A stretch of 64,000 bases of DNA, from the NCBI GenBank assembly GCA_963674945.2, contig CAXXWQ010000002.1, forward strand, positions 544,001-608,000, written 5' to 3'. Below, piece by piece: positions 19,505 to 29,560 of this stretch. The notes below the pieces were generated by a model. It searched no databases. It had not been told where the DNA came from and saw only the letters and a list, made by a program, of their open reading frames with translations. Within the stretch, counting starts at the first letter, position 1. Every line of letters starts with the position of its first letter. Source of the stretch: an uncultured Desulfosarcina sp. GTDB lineage: Bacteria; Desulfobacterota; Desulfobacteria; Desulfobacterales; Desulfosarcinaceae. A program made the position numbers and the translations under genes.

Positions 19505-20836
19505 ATGTTTGACGCACTTAGTGAAAAATTAAACTCGGCCTTCAAGCAACTCAAGGGGCAGGGCAAGCTATCGGAGAAGAATATTGCCGATGGTATGCGA
19601 GCGGTTCGGATGGCCCTTTTGGAAGCCGATGTTCATTTCCAGGTGGTCAAAAAACTGGTTGCCGACATCAAGGAGCGGGCCCTGGGCCAAGAGGTCATGG
19701 GCAGTTTGACCCCGGGCCAGCAAGTGGTGAAGATCGTCAACGAATCCCTCACCCAGCTCATGGGGGAGAGCCATCAGGGGTTGCGTCTGACCGGAGAAAA
19801 ACCGGTTTCGGTGATGCTGGTGGGTCTTCAGGGGTCTGGTAAAACCACCACTGCGGGAAAATTGTCGGTGATGTTGCGAAAAACGGGCAAGGAACCCTAC
19901 CTGGTGCCGGCGGATGTGTATCGTCCGGCGGCCATCGACCAGTTGAAAAAACTCGGCAGCCAACTGGGCGTTCCCGTATTCGACAGTGCACCGGATATGG
20001 ATCCGGTACGGATCTGTCAGGATGCCCGTGTGGCAGCCCAGAAGGCGGGGTGCGATACCCTGCTGCTGGATACGGCCGGGCGGCTTCACGTCGATGAAGA
20101 ATTGATGGACGAGTTGTCTCGGATTCGTTCGGCGGTCCAGCCGTCGGATATACTGCTGGTGGCCGATGCCATGACCGGGCAGGACGCGGTGAACATCGCC
20201 AAGTCCTTTGACGAGCGGCTGGATATCGGCGGCGTGGTTCTGACCAAAATGGACGGTGATGCCCGGGGCGGGGCGGCCCTGTCCATACGCGCCATCACCG
20301 GAAAGCCCATCAAGTTTATCGGTGTGGGCGAAAAGCTCAGTGAGCTGGAAGCCTTTCATCCGGATCGCATGGCGTCCCGGATCCTCGGCATGGGGGATGT
20401 CCTCACCATGATCGAGAAGGCCCAGGAAGTGGTGGACGAGGATAAAGCCGCTGAGCTGGAAAAGAAGCTGCGGAAAAACCAGTTTACCCTGGAGGATTTT
20501 CGCGATCAGATGCGTCAGATCCGGAAAATGGGGTCGCTTACGGACATCCTGGGGATGATTCCCGGGATGGGAAAAATCAAACAGATGAAAAATCTGCAAG
20601 TGGACGAAAAGGAACTGGTTCATATCGAGGCCATCATCAATTCCATGACGCCACAGGAGCGACGCCAATATACGATTATCAACGGTAGCCGACGCAAGCG
20701 GATTGCAGCGGGAAGCGGCACCCGTGTTCAGGATGTCAACCGCCTGCTGAAAAACTATGCGCAGGTGATGAAGATGATGAAGAAAATCAATAAAAGCGGC
20801 ATGCGCGGATTGGGTCGTGGCATGTTGCCCTTTTAA
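19505..20836 (+). CDS. ffh: Signal recognition particle protein
   Basis: [24 protein letters not shown] and a Met-rich M domain. Confidence 0.98.
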   Translation: MFDALSEKLNSAFKQLKGQGKLSEKNIADGMRAVRMALLEADVHFQVVKKLVADIKERALGQEVMGSLTPGQQVVKIVNESLTQLMGESHQGLRLTGEKPVSVMLVGLQGSGKTTTAGKLSVMLRKTGKEPYLVPADVYRPAAIDQLKKLGSQLGVPVFDSAPDMDPVRICQDARVAAQKAGCDTLLLDTAGRLHVDEELMDELSRIRSAVQPSDILLVADAMTGQDAVNIAKSFDERLDIGGVVLTKMDGDARGGAALSIRAITGKPIKFIGVGEKLSELEAFHPDRMASRILGMGDVLTMIEKAQEVVDEDKAAELEKKLRKNQFTLEDFRDQMRQIRKMGSLTDILGMIPGMGKIKQMKNLQVDEKELVHIEAIINSMTPQERRQYTIINGSRRKRIAAGSGTRVQDVNRLLKNYAQVMKMMKKINKSGMRGLGRGMLPF

Positions 20837-20847
20837 AGGAGAAGAAA

Positions 20848-21102
20848 ATGGCAGTAAAAATCAGACTCGCCCGCCATGGTGCGAAGAAAAGGCCCTTTTA
20901 CCGGATCGTGGCTGCCGACAACGACAGTCCCAGGGATGGTCGTTTCATCGAAAAGCTGGGCACATACAACCCCCTTTTGAATCCGGCGCAGGTATTGCTG
21001 AACACGGACCGCGTAAAGTATTGGATCGAACGGGGTGCCATCCCCACCGATACGGTACGTAGCATACTCAAACGAGAAGGTGTCTTGGGCACTTCAGCGT
21101 AA
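20848..21102 (+). CDS. rpsP: 30S ribosomal protein S16
   Basis: [21 protein letters not shown]...[14 protein letters not shown]. Confidence 0.98.
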   Translation: MAVKIRLARHGAKKRPFYRIVAADNDSPRDGRFIEKLGTYNPLLNPAQVLLNTDRVKYWIERGAIPTDTVRSILKREGVLGTSA

Positions 21103-21150
21103 GATTTGGTATTGGATCCGATTCTCAGCGACACCAAAGGAGATGGAGCT

Positions 21151-21381
21151 ATGAAAGACCTGATCAGATTCATTGCGCAAGAATTGGTGGATTTTCCCGA
21201 CCAGGTGTCCGTTGAAGAGATCGAAGGCAGCCAAACATCCGTCATTGAGTTGAATGTGGCCAAAGAGGATCTGGGAAAGGTGATCGGAAAGCAGGGACGA
21301 ACGGCCCGCGCCATGCGAACACTGTTGAGCGCTGCGTCGGCCAAAGCGAAAAAACGAATGGTCCTTGAAATCATCGAGTGA
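21151..21381 (+). CDS. khpA: KH domain RNA-binding protein
   Basis: [17 protein letters not shown]; position between rpsP and rimM. Confidence 0.93.
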   Translation: MKDLIRFIAQELVDFPDQVSVEEIEGSQTSVIELNVAKEDLGKVIGKQGRTARAMRTLLSAASAKAKKRMVLEIIE

Positions 21382-21907
21382 GACGGCGGATCGAGCGAAC
21401 CTGATCCTTGTGGGGCGGGTAACCGGTGCTCACGGAATTCATGGCGGCTTGAAGGTGCACTCATTTGCCGAAACCATGGCACCCTACCTCGTGGGAGAGA
21501 AGATTTTGCTCGATATGCCCGAAAGTGGTCTGCAAATTCGGACCATTCGATGGGTGACGTCCCATGGACGCAGGCTTCTTTTGGGTCTCGAAGCGGTGGA
21601 AGACCGGGATACGGCCGAGTCGCTCGCTGGTGTGTCTCTGTTCATTGACAAGAAACGCTTGCCGCCGTTAGAAGAGGATACTTACTACTGGTTTGATTTG
21701 GTGGGGCTGTCGGTATACGACATCCAAGGGGAGCTTTTGGGACGACTCGACGAAGTGATTCCCACACCTGGAAACGATGTTTACGTGATCAGACAAGTCG
21801 TCCATGGGCAGACACGGGAGAGATTGCTTCCAGCCATCGGCGAGGTGATTGTAAAGGTCGATATCGTTCGAAAAATCATGGTCGTCAATCCTCCGGAAGG
21901 TCTATGA
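21365..21907 (+). CDS. rimM: Ribosome maturation factor RimM
   Basis: [32 protein letters not shown] and PPEGL; start uncertain. Confidence 0.95.
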   Translation: MKSSSETADRANLILVGRVTGAHGIHGGLKVHSFAETMAPYLVGEKILLDMPESGLQIRTIRWVTSHGRRLLLGLEAVEDRDTAESLAGVSLFIDKKRLPPLEEDTYYWFDLVGLSVYDIQGELLGRLDEVIPTPGNDVYVIRQVVHGQTRERLLPAIGEVIVKVDIVRKIMVVNPPEGL

Positions 21908-22654
21908 ATGAAGGTCTGCGTTCTGACCCTTTTTCCGGAACTTTTCGCCCCCTTCTGGGCCCATGGCATCATTGGCCGGGCGGTGAAAGGAGACAAGCTG
22001 GTGCCCTTCACCATCAATATCCGCGACCATGCAAAGGGACGGCACAAGGTGACCGACGACCGTCCCTATGGGGGTGGATGTGGAATGGTGATGAAGCCGG
22101 AACCCCTGGCAGCAGCGGTGGCAGCCGCCAAGAAAATGATGCCGTCGGCAATGACGTTGTTGCTGTCTCCCCAGGGAAAGCGGCTCGATCAACGGCTTGC
22201 CGGATCACTGGCGGTCATGGAGGAGGTCATTTTCGTCTGCGGCAGGTACGAGGGGGTGGACGAACGGTTTATCGATCGACACATCGATGGGGAAATCAGT
22301 ATCGGGGATTTCGTGTTGACCGGTGGAGAGCTGGGTGCCATGGTGGTCATCGACGCGGTGACGCGATTGATTCCCGGCGTTTTGGGCAATTTGAACTCCG
22401 CCGAGAGTGATACTTTCAGTGACGGTCTCGTGGAACACGCGCAATACACGCGTCCGCCAAACTTCGACCGGATGGATGTACCGGATGTGCTGTTATCCGG
22501 AAATCACCAGGAGATCGAGCGGTGGCGAAGGGAAACCGCATTGATCCGTACCTTGGTGAAACGCCCGGATCTGTTGGCCCAGCGGGATTTGACACCTGCC
22601 CAGCGGGATACGCTGATGAAATGGCGCCAGGAACTTGACCGGATTCTCGGATAA
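21908..22654 (+). CDS. trmD: tRNA (guanine-37-N1)-methyltransferase
   Basis: [34 protein letters not shown] and YTRP motifs. Confidence 0.98.
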   Translation: MKVCVLTLFPELFAPFWAHGIIGRAVKGDKLVPFTINIRDHAKGRHKVTDDRPYGGGCGMVMKPEPLAAAVAAAKKMMPSAMTLLLSPQGKRLDQRLAGSLAVMEEVIFVCGRYEGVDERFIDRHIDGEISIGDFVLTGGELGAMVVIDAVTRLIPGVLGNLNSAESDTFSDGLVEHAQYTRPPNFDRMDVPDVLLSGNHQEIERWRRETALIRTLVKRPDLLAQRDLTPAQRDTLMKWRQELDRILG

Positions 22655-23207
22655 ACGGCTTTATGTGGCCCTCGTTCACTATCCGGTGATCGATAAGAAC
22701 AACGAGACCATCGCGTCGGCGGTCACCAACCTGGATTTGCACGACATCGCCAGGGCATGCCGCACCTATGGGGTCAAGGGATATTACGTGGTAACTCCGT
22801 TGGCGGACCAGATGGTGCTGGCCGAACGGATCGTCGGACATTGGACCACGGGTTTCGGAGGAACGTACAACCCCCAGCGCAAAGAGGCGTTGGCACTCGT
22901 CCGGGTCACGGCCCGATTCGAGGACGCCGTCAATGAAATTACGGCAAAGGAGGGGGGGCGACCAATAACGGTGGCGACTTCGGCAAAGGAATGTCCGGGA
23001 AGCGTGGCGTGCGCCACTTTCCGGAGAATGCTGCAAGAAACCAAACCCTATCTCCTTGCATTCGGCACGGCCTGGGGACTGACCGATACATTCATGGACG
23101 AAGCGGATTGTCGGTTGGCACCCCTTACCGGCGCGGGAACATACAACCATCTGTCGGTCCGATCGGCGGTATCCATCATATTGGACCGGCTATTGGGTGA
23201 TGCATAA
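22635..23207 (+). CDS. SPOUT-class RNA methyltransferase (TrmD-associated)
   Basis: [27 protein letters not shown] and YNHLSVRSA motifs; TTG start overlapping the trmD end. Confidence 0.85.
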   Translation: MTGFSDKRLYVALVHYPVIDKNNETIASAVTNLDLHDIARACRTYGVKGYYVVTPLADQMVLAERIVGHWTTGFGGTYNPQRKEALALVRVTARFEDAVNEITAKEGGRPITVATSAKECPGSVACATFRRMLQETKPYLLAFGTAWGLTDTFMDEADCRLAPLTGAGTYNHLSVRSAVSIILDRLLGDA

Positions 23208-23259
23208 GGCAAATGAAGCGTTTTTTACTATAGATCAACATTGTATCGGGAGTTTTATC

Positions 23260-23607
23260 ATGGAAACCATCCAACGTATTGAAAGAGAACAAATCCGAAT
23301 GGATATGCCCCATTTTTTACCTGGGGATACCGTTACCGTTCATGTGAAGATCCGCGAGGGCAACAAGGAGCGCATCCAGGCGTTTCAGGGCGTTGTGATC
23401 AGCAAGAAAAAGGGCCTTGCCAACGCCAGTTTCACCGTTCGCAAGGTCTCCTACGGCGTGGGGGTCGAGAGGGTTTTTCTCACCAACTCCCCCTCCATCG
23501 ACCGTGTGGAGGTGATGACCCGCGGTCGTGTAAGGCGGGCCAAGATTTACTATCTCAGAAAACTGCGGGGCAAGGCGGCAAGGATTCGAGAACGGCGGTT
23601 TACCTGA
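23260..23607 (+). CDS. rplS: 50S ribosomal protein L19
   Basis: [24 protein letters not shown] and [12 protein letters not shown]. Confidence 0.98.
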   Translation: METIQRIEREQIRMDMPHFLPGDTVTVHVKIREGNKERIQAFQGVVISKKKGLANASFTVRKVSYGVGVERVFLTNSPSIDRVEVMTRGRVRRAKIYYLRKLRGKAARIRERRFT

Positions 23608-23667
23608 TTCAGGACAAAAAAGTCTTTTATTGTTTTTATTGAATCGTTCCTTAGGCGTCGGATCTCG

Positions 23668-23792
23668 GACGGCTTCGTAAAAAGTTCGAGATCAAGGCTT
23701 GCGAATCCCGAAAAATGAGGCGTATGGTTGGATACGTCCCAGTGACGAGGGATGAAGCATGACGCAGATATCGGGCTTTTTACGGAGCCGTT
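23668..23792. repeat. Rod-like hairpin repeat (family R variant), MITE-like
   Basis: Terminal IR GACGGCTTCGTAAAAAG/CTTTTTACGGAGCCGTT (15/17); shares GAGATCAAGGC and ACGC.GATATCG with 16715-16855. Confidence 0.8.
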
Positions 23793-23805
23793 AAGATTTG
23801 AATCG

Positions 23806-24414
23806 ATGATATCAGATCTCTGGGCTTTCGAAAGATCGGCCCATGAAATGGGCTACGAAATGGTCGCGGGCATCGATGAGGCCGGCCGGGGGCCCCTGGC
23901 CGGCCCCGTCGTTTCCGCCGCAGTGGTGTTGCCCGACGGTGTTGATCTGAACGGAATCGACGACTCCAAAAAGCTGACACCGGCAAAACGCAGTCGCCTC
24001 TATGATCGTCTCTACAACATTGCCATTAGCATCGGTATCGGCATGGTGGATACGACTGAAATCGACCGTGTCAATATCTTGCAGGCCACCTTGCGTTCCA
24101 TGGCCATGGCTGTGGCAAACCTTCGTCCTCGACCAGATTACCTTCTCATCGACGGGATATTTCCCATCACCTCGAAAATTCCCCAACAGACAATTAAAAA
24201 AGGTGATTCCAATAGCGTGTCCATTGCCGCCGCCTCCATCGTGGCCAAGGTGACGAGAGACCGGATCATGACCCAACTGGATGATCAGTATCCCGAGTTC
24301 GGTTTTGGCCGCCACAAGGGGTACCCTACCCAACGCCACCGGGCCGCCATCGTGCGATACGGTTTGAGCCCCATTCACAGGCGGACATTTAAAGGGGTTC
24401 GGGAGTACCGCTAG
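23806..24414 (+). CDS. rnhB: Ribonuclease HII
   Basis: GIDEAGRGPLAGPV, DDSKKL, SIAAASIVAKVTRD and HKGYPT; start placed after the repeat. Confidence 0.97.
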   Translation: MISDLWAFERSAHEMGYEMVAGIDEAGRGPLAGPVVSAAVVLPDGVDLNGIDDSKKLTPAKRSRLYDRLYNIAISIGIGMVDTTEIDRVNILQATLRSMAMAVANLRPRPDYLLIDGIFPITSKIPQQTIKKGDSNSVSIAAASIVAKVTRDRIMTQLDDQYPEFGFGRHKGYPTQRHRAAIVRYGLSPIHRRTFKGVREYR

Positions 24415-24786
24415 ATGCTTAATCGGCAGCAGCAATTTGGAAAAAGAAGTGAAAAGCTCGCTGTCTCCTTTTTGGAGCGGAGGGGATACAAAATCCTGGA
24501 GACGAATTATCGTAGCAAAAACGGGGAGATCGATATCATCGCCAAGGAAAGGGGAACCATCGTTTTCGTGGAGGTGAAGGCCAGGTCCTCCCATCGATTC
24601 GGCAGCCCGAAGGGGGCCGTGACACCCGCCAAACAACGAAAAATTTCCATGGCGGCGCTCGAATACCTGAAACAATCGGACCAGATGGAAACCCGGGCGC
24701 GGTTCGACGTGGTGGCCATCGATACTGCGGCGGGGAGAACCGATATCGAGGTCGTGAAAAATGCCTTTTTCCTCACCTACGGATGA
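24415..24786 (+). CDS. yraN: YraN family endonuclease-like protein
   Basis: GEIDIIA, VFVEVKAR and RFDVVAI motifs. Confidence 0.93.
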   Translation: MLNRQQQFGKRSEKLAVSFLERRGYKILETNYRSKNGEIDIIAKERGTIVFVEVKARSSHRFGSPKGAVTPAKQRKISMAALEYLKQSDQMETRARFDVVAIDTAAGRTDIEVVKNAFFLTYG

Positions 24787-25669
24787 ACAGGCCCAAGGGC
24801 CATGCCCTCGCGGTCTCTATGTCGTGGCCACCCCCATCGGGAATCTCGAAGACATCACGTTCCGGGCCATTCGTATTCTGTCGCAGGTGGATCTGATCGC
24901 TGCCGAAGACACACGGCACACGGCACGTCTTCTTTCCCGTTACGAGATTCGAACCCCTTTGGTTTCCTGCCATGAACACAACGAAGTGGATCGTGTTCCG
25001 GAATTGATACGAAAAATTGAGGCCGGTGCCGCCGTGGCAGTGGTTTCCGATGCCGGAACGCCTTCTGTTTCCGACCCGGGGTATCGCTTGGTACGTGCGG
25101 CGGCGGCCAGCGACCTGAACATATATCCCATCCCCGGTGTCACGGCGGCGATGACGGCCCTGTCCGCATCGGGATTGCCGACCGATACCTTCGTTTTTTT
25201 TGGATTCGTTCCCAAAAAAGAGGGGAAACGAAAAGAGCTGCTTCGCTCTGCCGCCGCTGAATCCAGGACGATGGTTTTTTACGAGTCGCCGAGAAGGATT
25301 GTGGGCCTGCTGGATTCACTCCTGGAGATGATGGGAGACCGGCCGGCCGTATTGGCAAGGGAAATGACCAAGATTCATGAGGAATTTATCCGGGGGAGCC
25401 TGTCTACGATCCGCAGGATCATGGATGAACGCCAAGCAGTAAAGGGAGAATGCACCCTGCTGGTGGGCGGGAAAAAAATCGAAGAAAGTGAAATTTCGAC
25501 AAAGGATCTTCGTGAAATCCTCCGTCATGAACTGGCCCGACCGGAAGGTCGCGTGTCCCACCTCTCCAAAAAAATATCCAAACAATACGGACTTCCCAGG
25601 AAAAAAGTGTACGACATGGCCCTTGCCCTGAAACGGGCAGCAGACACGGAAAAGGATGCCGATCGATGA
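24761..25669 (+). CDS. rsmI: 16S rRNA C1402 2'-O-methyltransferase
   Basis: LYVVATPIGNLEDIT, AEDTR, SDAGTPSVSDPG, FYESPRR and REMTKIHEE. Confidence 0.97.
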   Translation: MPFSSPTDEQAQGPCPRGLYVVATPIGNLEDITFRAIRILSQVDLIAAEDTRHTARLLSRYEIRTPLVSCHEHNEVDRVPELIRKIEAGAAVAVVSDAGTPSVSDPGYRLVRAAAASDLNIYPIPGVTAAMTALSASGLPTDTFVFFGFVPKKEGKRKELLRSAAAESRTMVFYESPRRIVGLLDSLLEMMGDRPAVLAREMTKIHEEFIRGSLSTIRRIMDERQAVKGECTLLVGGKKIEESEISTKDLREILRHELARPEGRVSHLSKKISKQYGLPRKKVYDMALALKRAADTEKDADR

Positions 25670-26274
25670 AATCGGTATCAACCCTTTTCCCGGTGATCTC
25701 GACTGTTTCCGAGGCCCATCGCCGGCTCACGGGCAGGCAGATGGTTCAGAACTTGAGCCGTCTCGCCCGTCTTGCCCTGGACCGATCGTGTCGGATCAGC
25801 GGGCTTCGTCTCGAACGATTGATCAAGGACGACGAGGGCGTGCCCCTGCCGGAGAACGGAATCTACTGGTCCCTGAGCCATAAAAGAGATGTGGTCGGTG
25901 GTGTGGCTGCACCGAAGCGTGTGGGCTTTGATCTCGAGACAATCCATCCGGTAAACGACATGTTGTTTTCCAAAGTAGCCGATGGCGATGAATGGAATTT
26001 GATGGCAGGAGACAGGACGCTGAATTTCTATCGAATGTGGACGGCAAAGGAGGCCGTGGTAAAGGCTGTCGGAAAGGGGATTGCCGGCTTGTCACGGTGC
26101 AGGATTGTGAGCGTTGTCGACGATTACCGAATGAACCTTACCTATGATGAAACGCCATGGCTTGTGGTTCACCACTGGTTCGACAATCATGTTGCCGCGC
26201 TGACATCCCACCACTTCGAGGTCTCCTGGAAACTGATGGATCCTTTTGCATTGGACCGTGAAGTGGTTTGGTGA
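25666..26274 (+). CDS. Sfp-type 4'-phosphopantetheinyl transferase
   Basis: WSLSH, VGFDLE and FYRMWTAKEAVVKAVGKG motifs. Confidence 0.88.
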   Translation: MKSVSTLFPVISTVSEAHRRLTGRQMVQNLSRLARLALDRSCRISGLRLERLIKDDEGVPLPENGIYWSLSHKRDVVGGVAAPKRVGFDLETIHPVNDMLFSKVADGDEWNLMAGDRTLNFYRMWTAKEAVVKAVGKGIAGLSRCRIVSVVDDYRMNLTYDETPWLVVHHWFDNHVAALTSHHFEVSWKLMDPFALDREVVW

Positions 26275-26359
26275 TCAATTCCGTCCGGCACCTTTGGACA
26301 GTATGGAAAATCTATTCCTACGGGCCGAGTCAAAGATAAATGGCGTTACCGCATGATTG

Positions 26360-26551
26360 TTACCTGTCCTTCGTGATGCAGGCAGTTTGCAGTTCGCTCC
26401 AAAACTCCCGATTCTCCCGCCTGTCTATGCCGCTTCGGCACTGGGGATCCATCCGTTTTTCAATCCCCGTGTATCGGGGTGGATTGATCCTGCGTCGGTC
26501 AACACCGGAACGCCTGTCCGTGGCACGCCTTTTTTCTTTGCTCTCTTCCAT
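26360..26551 (-). CDS. Small Arg-rich protein with repeated DRR/RxxxxRR motifs
   Basis: MEESKEKRRATDRRSGVDRRRINPPRYTGIEKRMDPQCRSGIDRR...; GAGG upstream. Confidence 0.65.
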   Translation of the reverse strand: MEESKEKRRATDRRSGVDRRRINPPRYTGIEKRMDPQCRSGIDRRENREFWSELQTACITKDR

Positions 26552-26693
26552 TGTTTTGGCCTCATTGTGGATCATGGGAAAACGTCTTTTCCTTCTAATT
26601 GTAAAGTAACTTCTGCTGCTGTCAAATACAAACTTTTCCCGATGGTCGATTCGTTGTATTCAAACCGGGTTCTTTGCACCCGGAACCAACCCG

Positions 26694-26773
26694 AACGATG
26701 AAAGCACTGACGTGCTTTTGGATATCCGGCCTTTGGTCGGATATCCAAGCCATCCGCGAAACGGGTGGTCGTT
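26694..26773 (+). ncRNA. Candidate structured RNA (four-way junction) upstream of nrdJ
   Basis: Closing stem AACG/CGTT around three hairpins of 7, 13 and 8 bp; the non-Watson-Crick pairs are G-U only on the + strand. Confidence 0.4.
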
Positions 26774-26871
26774 GACCCAGATGAACTTTGTTTTTTCCTG
26801 GTATTTTCCCTGACGTTCAATTACATTAATGGGCGTATTTTGACTCAGAAACAAATGTGTAAGGTCGAAAA

Positions 26872-28530
26872 ATGCAGTCACTGAACCTGACATCCTTGGC
26901 AAAAGAAGTTTTTGAACAGCGTTATCTCGCCAGAAACTATCGGGGCGAGATCATCGAGACCCCCTCCCAGCTATTTTCACGTGTGGCCCAGGTTGTGGCC
27001 GAGGCGGATCGGCTCTTCGACGCCGGTGCGTCTGTTGCGGACACGGCACAGCGTTTCGAGGAGGCAATGACCTCCTTTTCGTTTCTACCCAATTCCCCAT
27101 GCCTGATGAATGCCGGCCGGCCCCTGGGCCAATTGGCCGCCTGCTTCGTCTTGCCGGTGGAGGACAATCTGGGATCCATCTTTCAAACCCTCAGGAATAC
27201 AGCCTTGATTCACCAAACGGGGGGCGGGACCGGATTCTCCTTCAGCCGGCTTCGGCCGGCCGGCGATACTATTTTCCCCGCCTCCGGTGTGACGGGCGGA
27301 CCGGTTTCCTTCATCCAGTTGTTCGACGCCGCCACCCATCTCATTGATCTGAATCGGGTTCGTCCCGGAGCCAACATGGGGGTGCTGCATGTGAGTCACC
27401 CTGATATCGAGGCGTTCATCACCGCCAAGAAAAATAACAGACAATTGTGTAACTTCAACATCTCCGTCGCAGTGGACGACGACTTCATCGCCTGTGCCGA
27501 AGAAGATCGCGAGTACCCGCTCATCCATCCGCGCACCGGTGCCGTTGTCGGCCGAAAATCCGCATCCGATCTGCTCTATCAGATGGCAAAAAGTGCTTGG
27601 GAAACCGGTGACCCCGGCATACTGTTCATCGATCGTATCAATCGTACCAATCCCACGCCGAAGTTGGGGGGACTGGAAGCGACCAACCCCTGTGGGGAGC
27701 AGCCCCTTTTGCCTTACGAATCGTGCATTTTGGGGTCCATCAATGTCAGTCGCATCGTCGACGGTGAATGCGTCGATATTGACAAGCTGTCGTCACTGGT
27801 CCGGCTCGGGGTACATTTCTTGGATAACGTGGTGGAGGTGAATCGTCACCCCATCGCCCGAACCGAGGAGTGGAGTCGGATGAATCGAAAAATCGGGCTT
27901 GGGGTAATGGGATTCGCCGATATGCTCATTCAACTTGGCGTCTCCTATGAGAGCGATCGGGCCGTTTCACTGGCCGAACAGGTGATGGCATGCATTCAGG
28001 AGACGGCTGTGGCGGCATCCAGGGAACTGGCCGAAAAGAGGGGTAACTTTCCGGCTTTTCACCAGAGCATATACCCGGGGCTGGGGGTGAAACGGCGCCG
28101 CAATGCCACCGTTACCACAGTTGCTCCCACCGGTACCATCAGCATCCTGTCCGGCGTCAGCAGTGGTATCGAGCCCGTCTTCTCCTTTAAGGTCAAGCGT
28201 CGTATCGCCAATGACGTCTATACGGATATTCATCCCATCTATCAAAGGTATGTACGGGAAGGAAAACGGATCGACGAACGGATCTTTCAAACCGCCTGGG
28301 ACATCTCGCCAATGGGGCACCTGAAGGTTCAGGCCGCTTTTCAAAAACATACGGAAAATGCAGTGTCCAAGACCGTCAACCTACCCGAAAGCGCCAGCGT
28401 AGAGGACGTCCGCCATCTGTTTCTGCAGGCGGCACGAATGGACATCAAGGGCATTACTGTCTATCGAAACAACTCTCGTCCCGACCAGATTCTCTCCGCA
28501 TGTTCCCTGAAAAACGAGGAGTGCTCGTGA
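26872..28530 (+). CDS. nrdJ: Class II (adenosylcobalamin-dependent) ribonucleotide reductase, compact form
   Basis: FLPNSPCLMNAG, QLAACFVL, GGGTGFSFS, TNPCGEQPL, APTGTIS, SKTVN, KGITVYR; C-terminal Cys pair; no nrdB nearby. Confidence 0.92.
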   Translation: MQSLNLTSLAKEVFEQRYLARNYRGEIIETPSQLFSRVAQVVAEADRLFDAGASVADTAQRFEEAMTSFSFLPNSPCLMNAGRPLGQLAACFVLPVEDNLGSIFQTLRNTALIHQTGGGTGFSFSRLRPAGDTIFPASGVTGGPVSFIQLFDAATHLIDLNRVRPGANMGVLHVSHPDIEAFITAKKNNRQLCNFNISVAVDDDFIACAEEDREYPLIHPRTGAVVGRKSASDLLYQMAKSAWETGDPGILFIDRINRTNPTPKLGGLEATNPCGEQPLLPYESCILGSINVSRIVDGECVDIDKLSSLVRLGVHFLDNVVEVNRHPIARTEEWSRMNRKIGLGVMGFADMLIQLGVSYESDRAVSLAEQVMACIQETAVAASRELAEKRGNFPAFHQSIYPGLGVKRRRNATVTTVAPTGTISILSGVSSGIEPVFSFKVKRRIANDVYTDIHPIYQRYVREGKRIDERIFQTAWDISPMGHLKVQAAFQKHTENAVSKTVNLPESASVEDVRHLFLQAARMDIKGITVYRNNSRPDQILSACSLKNEECS

Positions 28531-28540
28531 TCTTGAATTC

Positions 28541-29017
28541 TTACTGAAGGGCCGCCTTGAGGAGATTGGCGACTGTTTCTCCACCCTTCGACTGCGCGTA
28601 CTCCAAAACGATGGGAATATATTTGCCAACCATTTCAGTGCTAAGCCCCAGTTTCGAAAAGGCACCTGCCAAGTCGGTGAGGCTTCCCAGGGATCCACCT
28701 GCGGATTTCATCATGGAGGACAAGGCGCCGGTGGTTCCCGAACCTGAACCAGAGTCCATGGCGGGTGCGGCTTTCATGAGCGATAACGCTTCGGGAAGAG
28801 CATCGGTCACTTTTGCGAAGTCATCTTTGTTCATATTTTGAGACGCAGCGTTGAAGATGGCTCCTGCACCACCTTTTGCCTGCTCTGTCGTAACACCCAG
28901 GTCCTGGGTCAATAGACCCACCAATTCGGAATCGAAGCAATCAACAGATGCCTCTGGCCGTAACATTACACCAAACAAAAAAATGGAAAGCACAATCCAT
29001 CGTGCACGTGTTTTCAT
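28541..29017 (-). CDS. DUF2780-like exported protein
   Basis: Signal peptide; LGVTTEQAKGGAGAIF and AFSKLGLSTEMV motifs. Confidence 0.8.
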   Translation of the reverse strand: MKTRARWIVLSIFLFGVMLRPEASVDCFDSELVGLLTQDLGVTTEQAKGGAGAIFNAASQNMNKDDFAKVTDALPEALSLMKAAPAMDSGSGSGTTGALSSMMKSAGGSLGSLTDLAGAFSKLGLSTEMVGKYIPIVLEYAQSKGGETVANLLKAALQ

Positions 29018-29132
29018 AGTTTATCTCCTTACGGGATTGAGTGGAAGATCACGATCGGGATCGCAGGGTCAATCGAAAACCATATAAAATAAATCATCTT
29101 GTGGTATTGATCAAGGAAGCCGCTGTGCTTAC

Positions 29133-29309
29133 CTACAGTCCCGACTGGTTATGCTGCATGAGACCCCGGATACTTTGGGTGATCAACTCCAATTTGCGAA
29201 TGATTTCCATCCGGGCTTTGTTTTTCGACAATCTGTCGTCGGTGATCCGCTCACGGTATTGCATGGAGAGGTTCGACAACAGGTCGGCGATGGCGAGGTC
29301 TGATTCCAT
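29133..29309 (-). CDS. Small hypothetical protein (58 aa), not in the ORF track
   Basis: MESDLAIADLLSNLSMQYRERITDDRLSKNKARMEIIRKLELITQSIRGLMQHNQSGL; GGGAAG 5 nt upstream; amphipathic helical pattern; same strand as its neighbours. Confidence 0.55.
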   Translation of the reverse strand: MESDLAIADLLSNLSMQYRERITDDRLSKNKARMEIIRKLELITQSIRGLMQHNQSGL

Positions 29310-29560
29310 ATCAACTTCCCAAAGGCTCTGTTTGAAGGTTTTACAAGTGGATTACAATTGCTTGCCCTTGTGTCCGTCTTCGAATGCAACCGTTTATACA
29401 TCCGAATCAAACAATGATCAACCACCTGTTTCACGCATGGACGTCTTGATCCAATACGCATTCTCATGGGATTTGGAAGAACGCCATTTTGTGGAAGGAT
29501 TCAGGTATATGGTATCAGGGCAATGGGTTGCGACAGTGGGAATACTGCCGTCTTTGGCCT

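Noticed and set aside
26600..26871. Cobalamin riboswitch or NrdR boxes in front of nrdJ
   Set aside because: No B12-box and no NrdR-like palindrome found; a different structure is reported as a finding.
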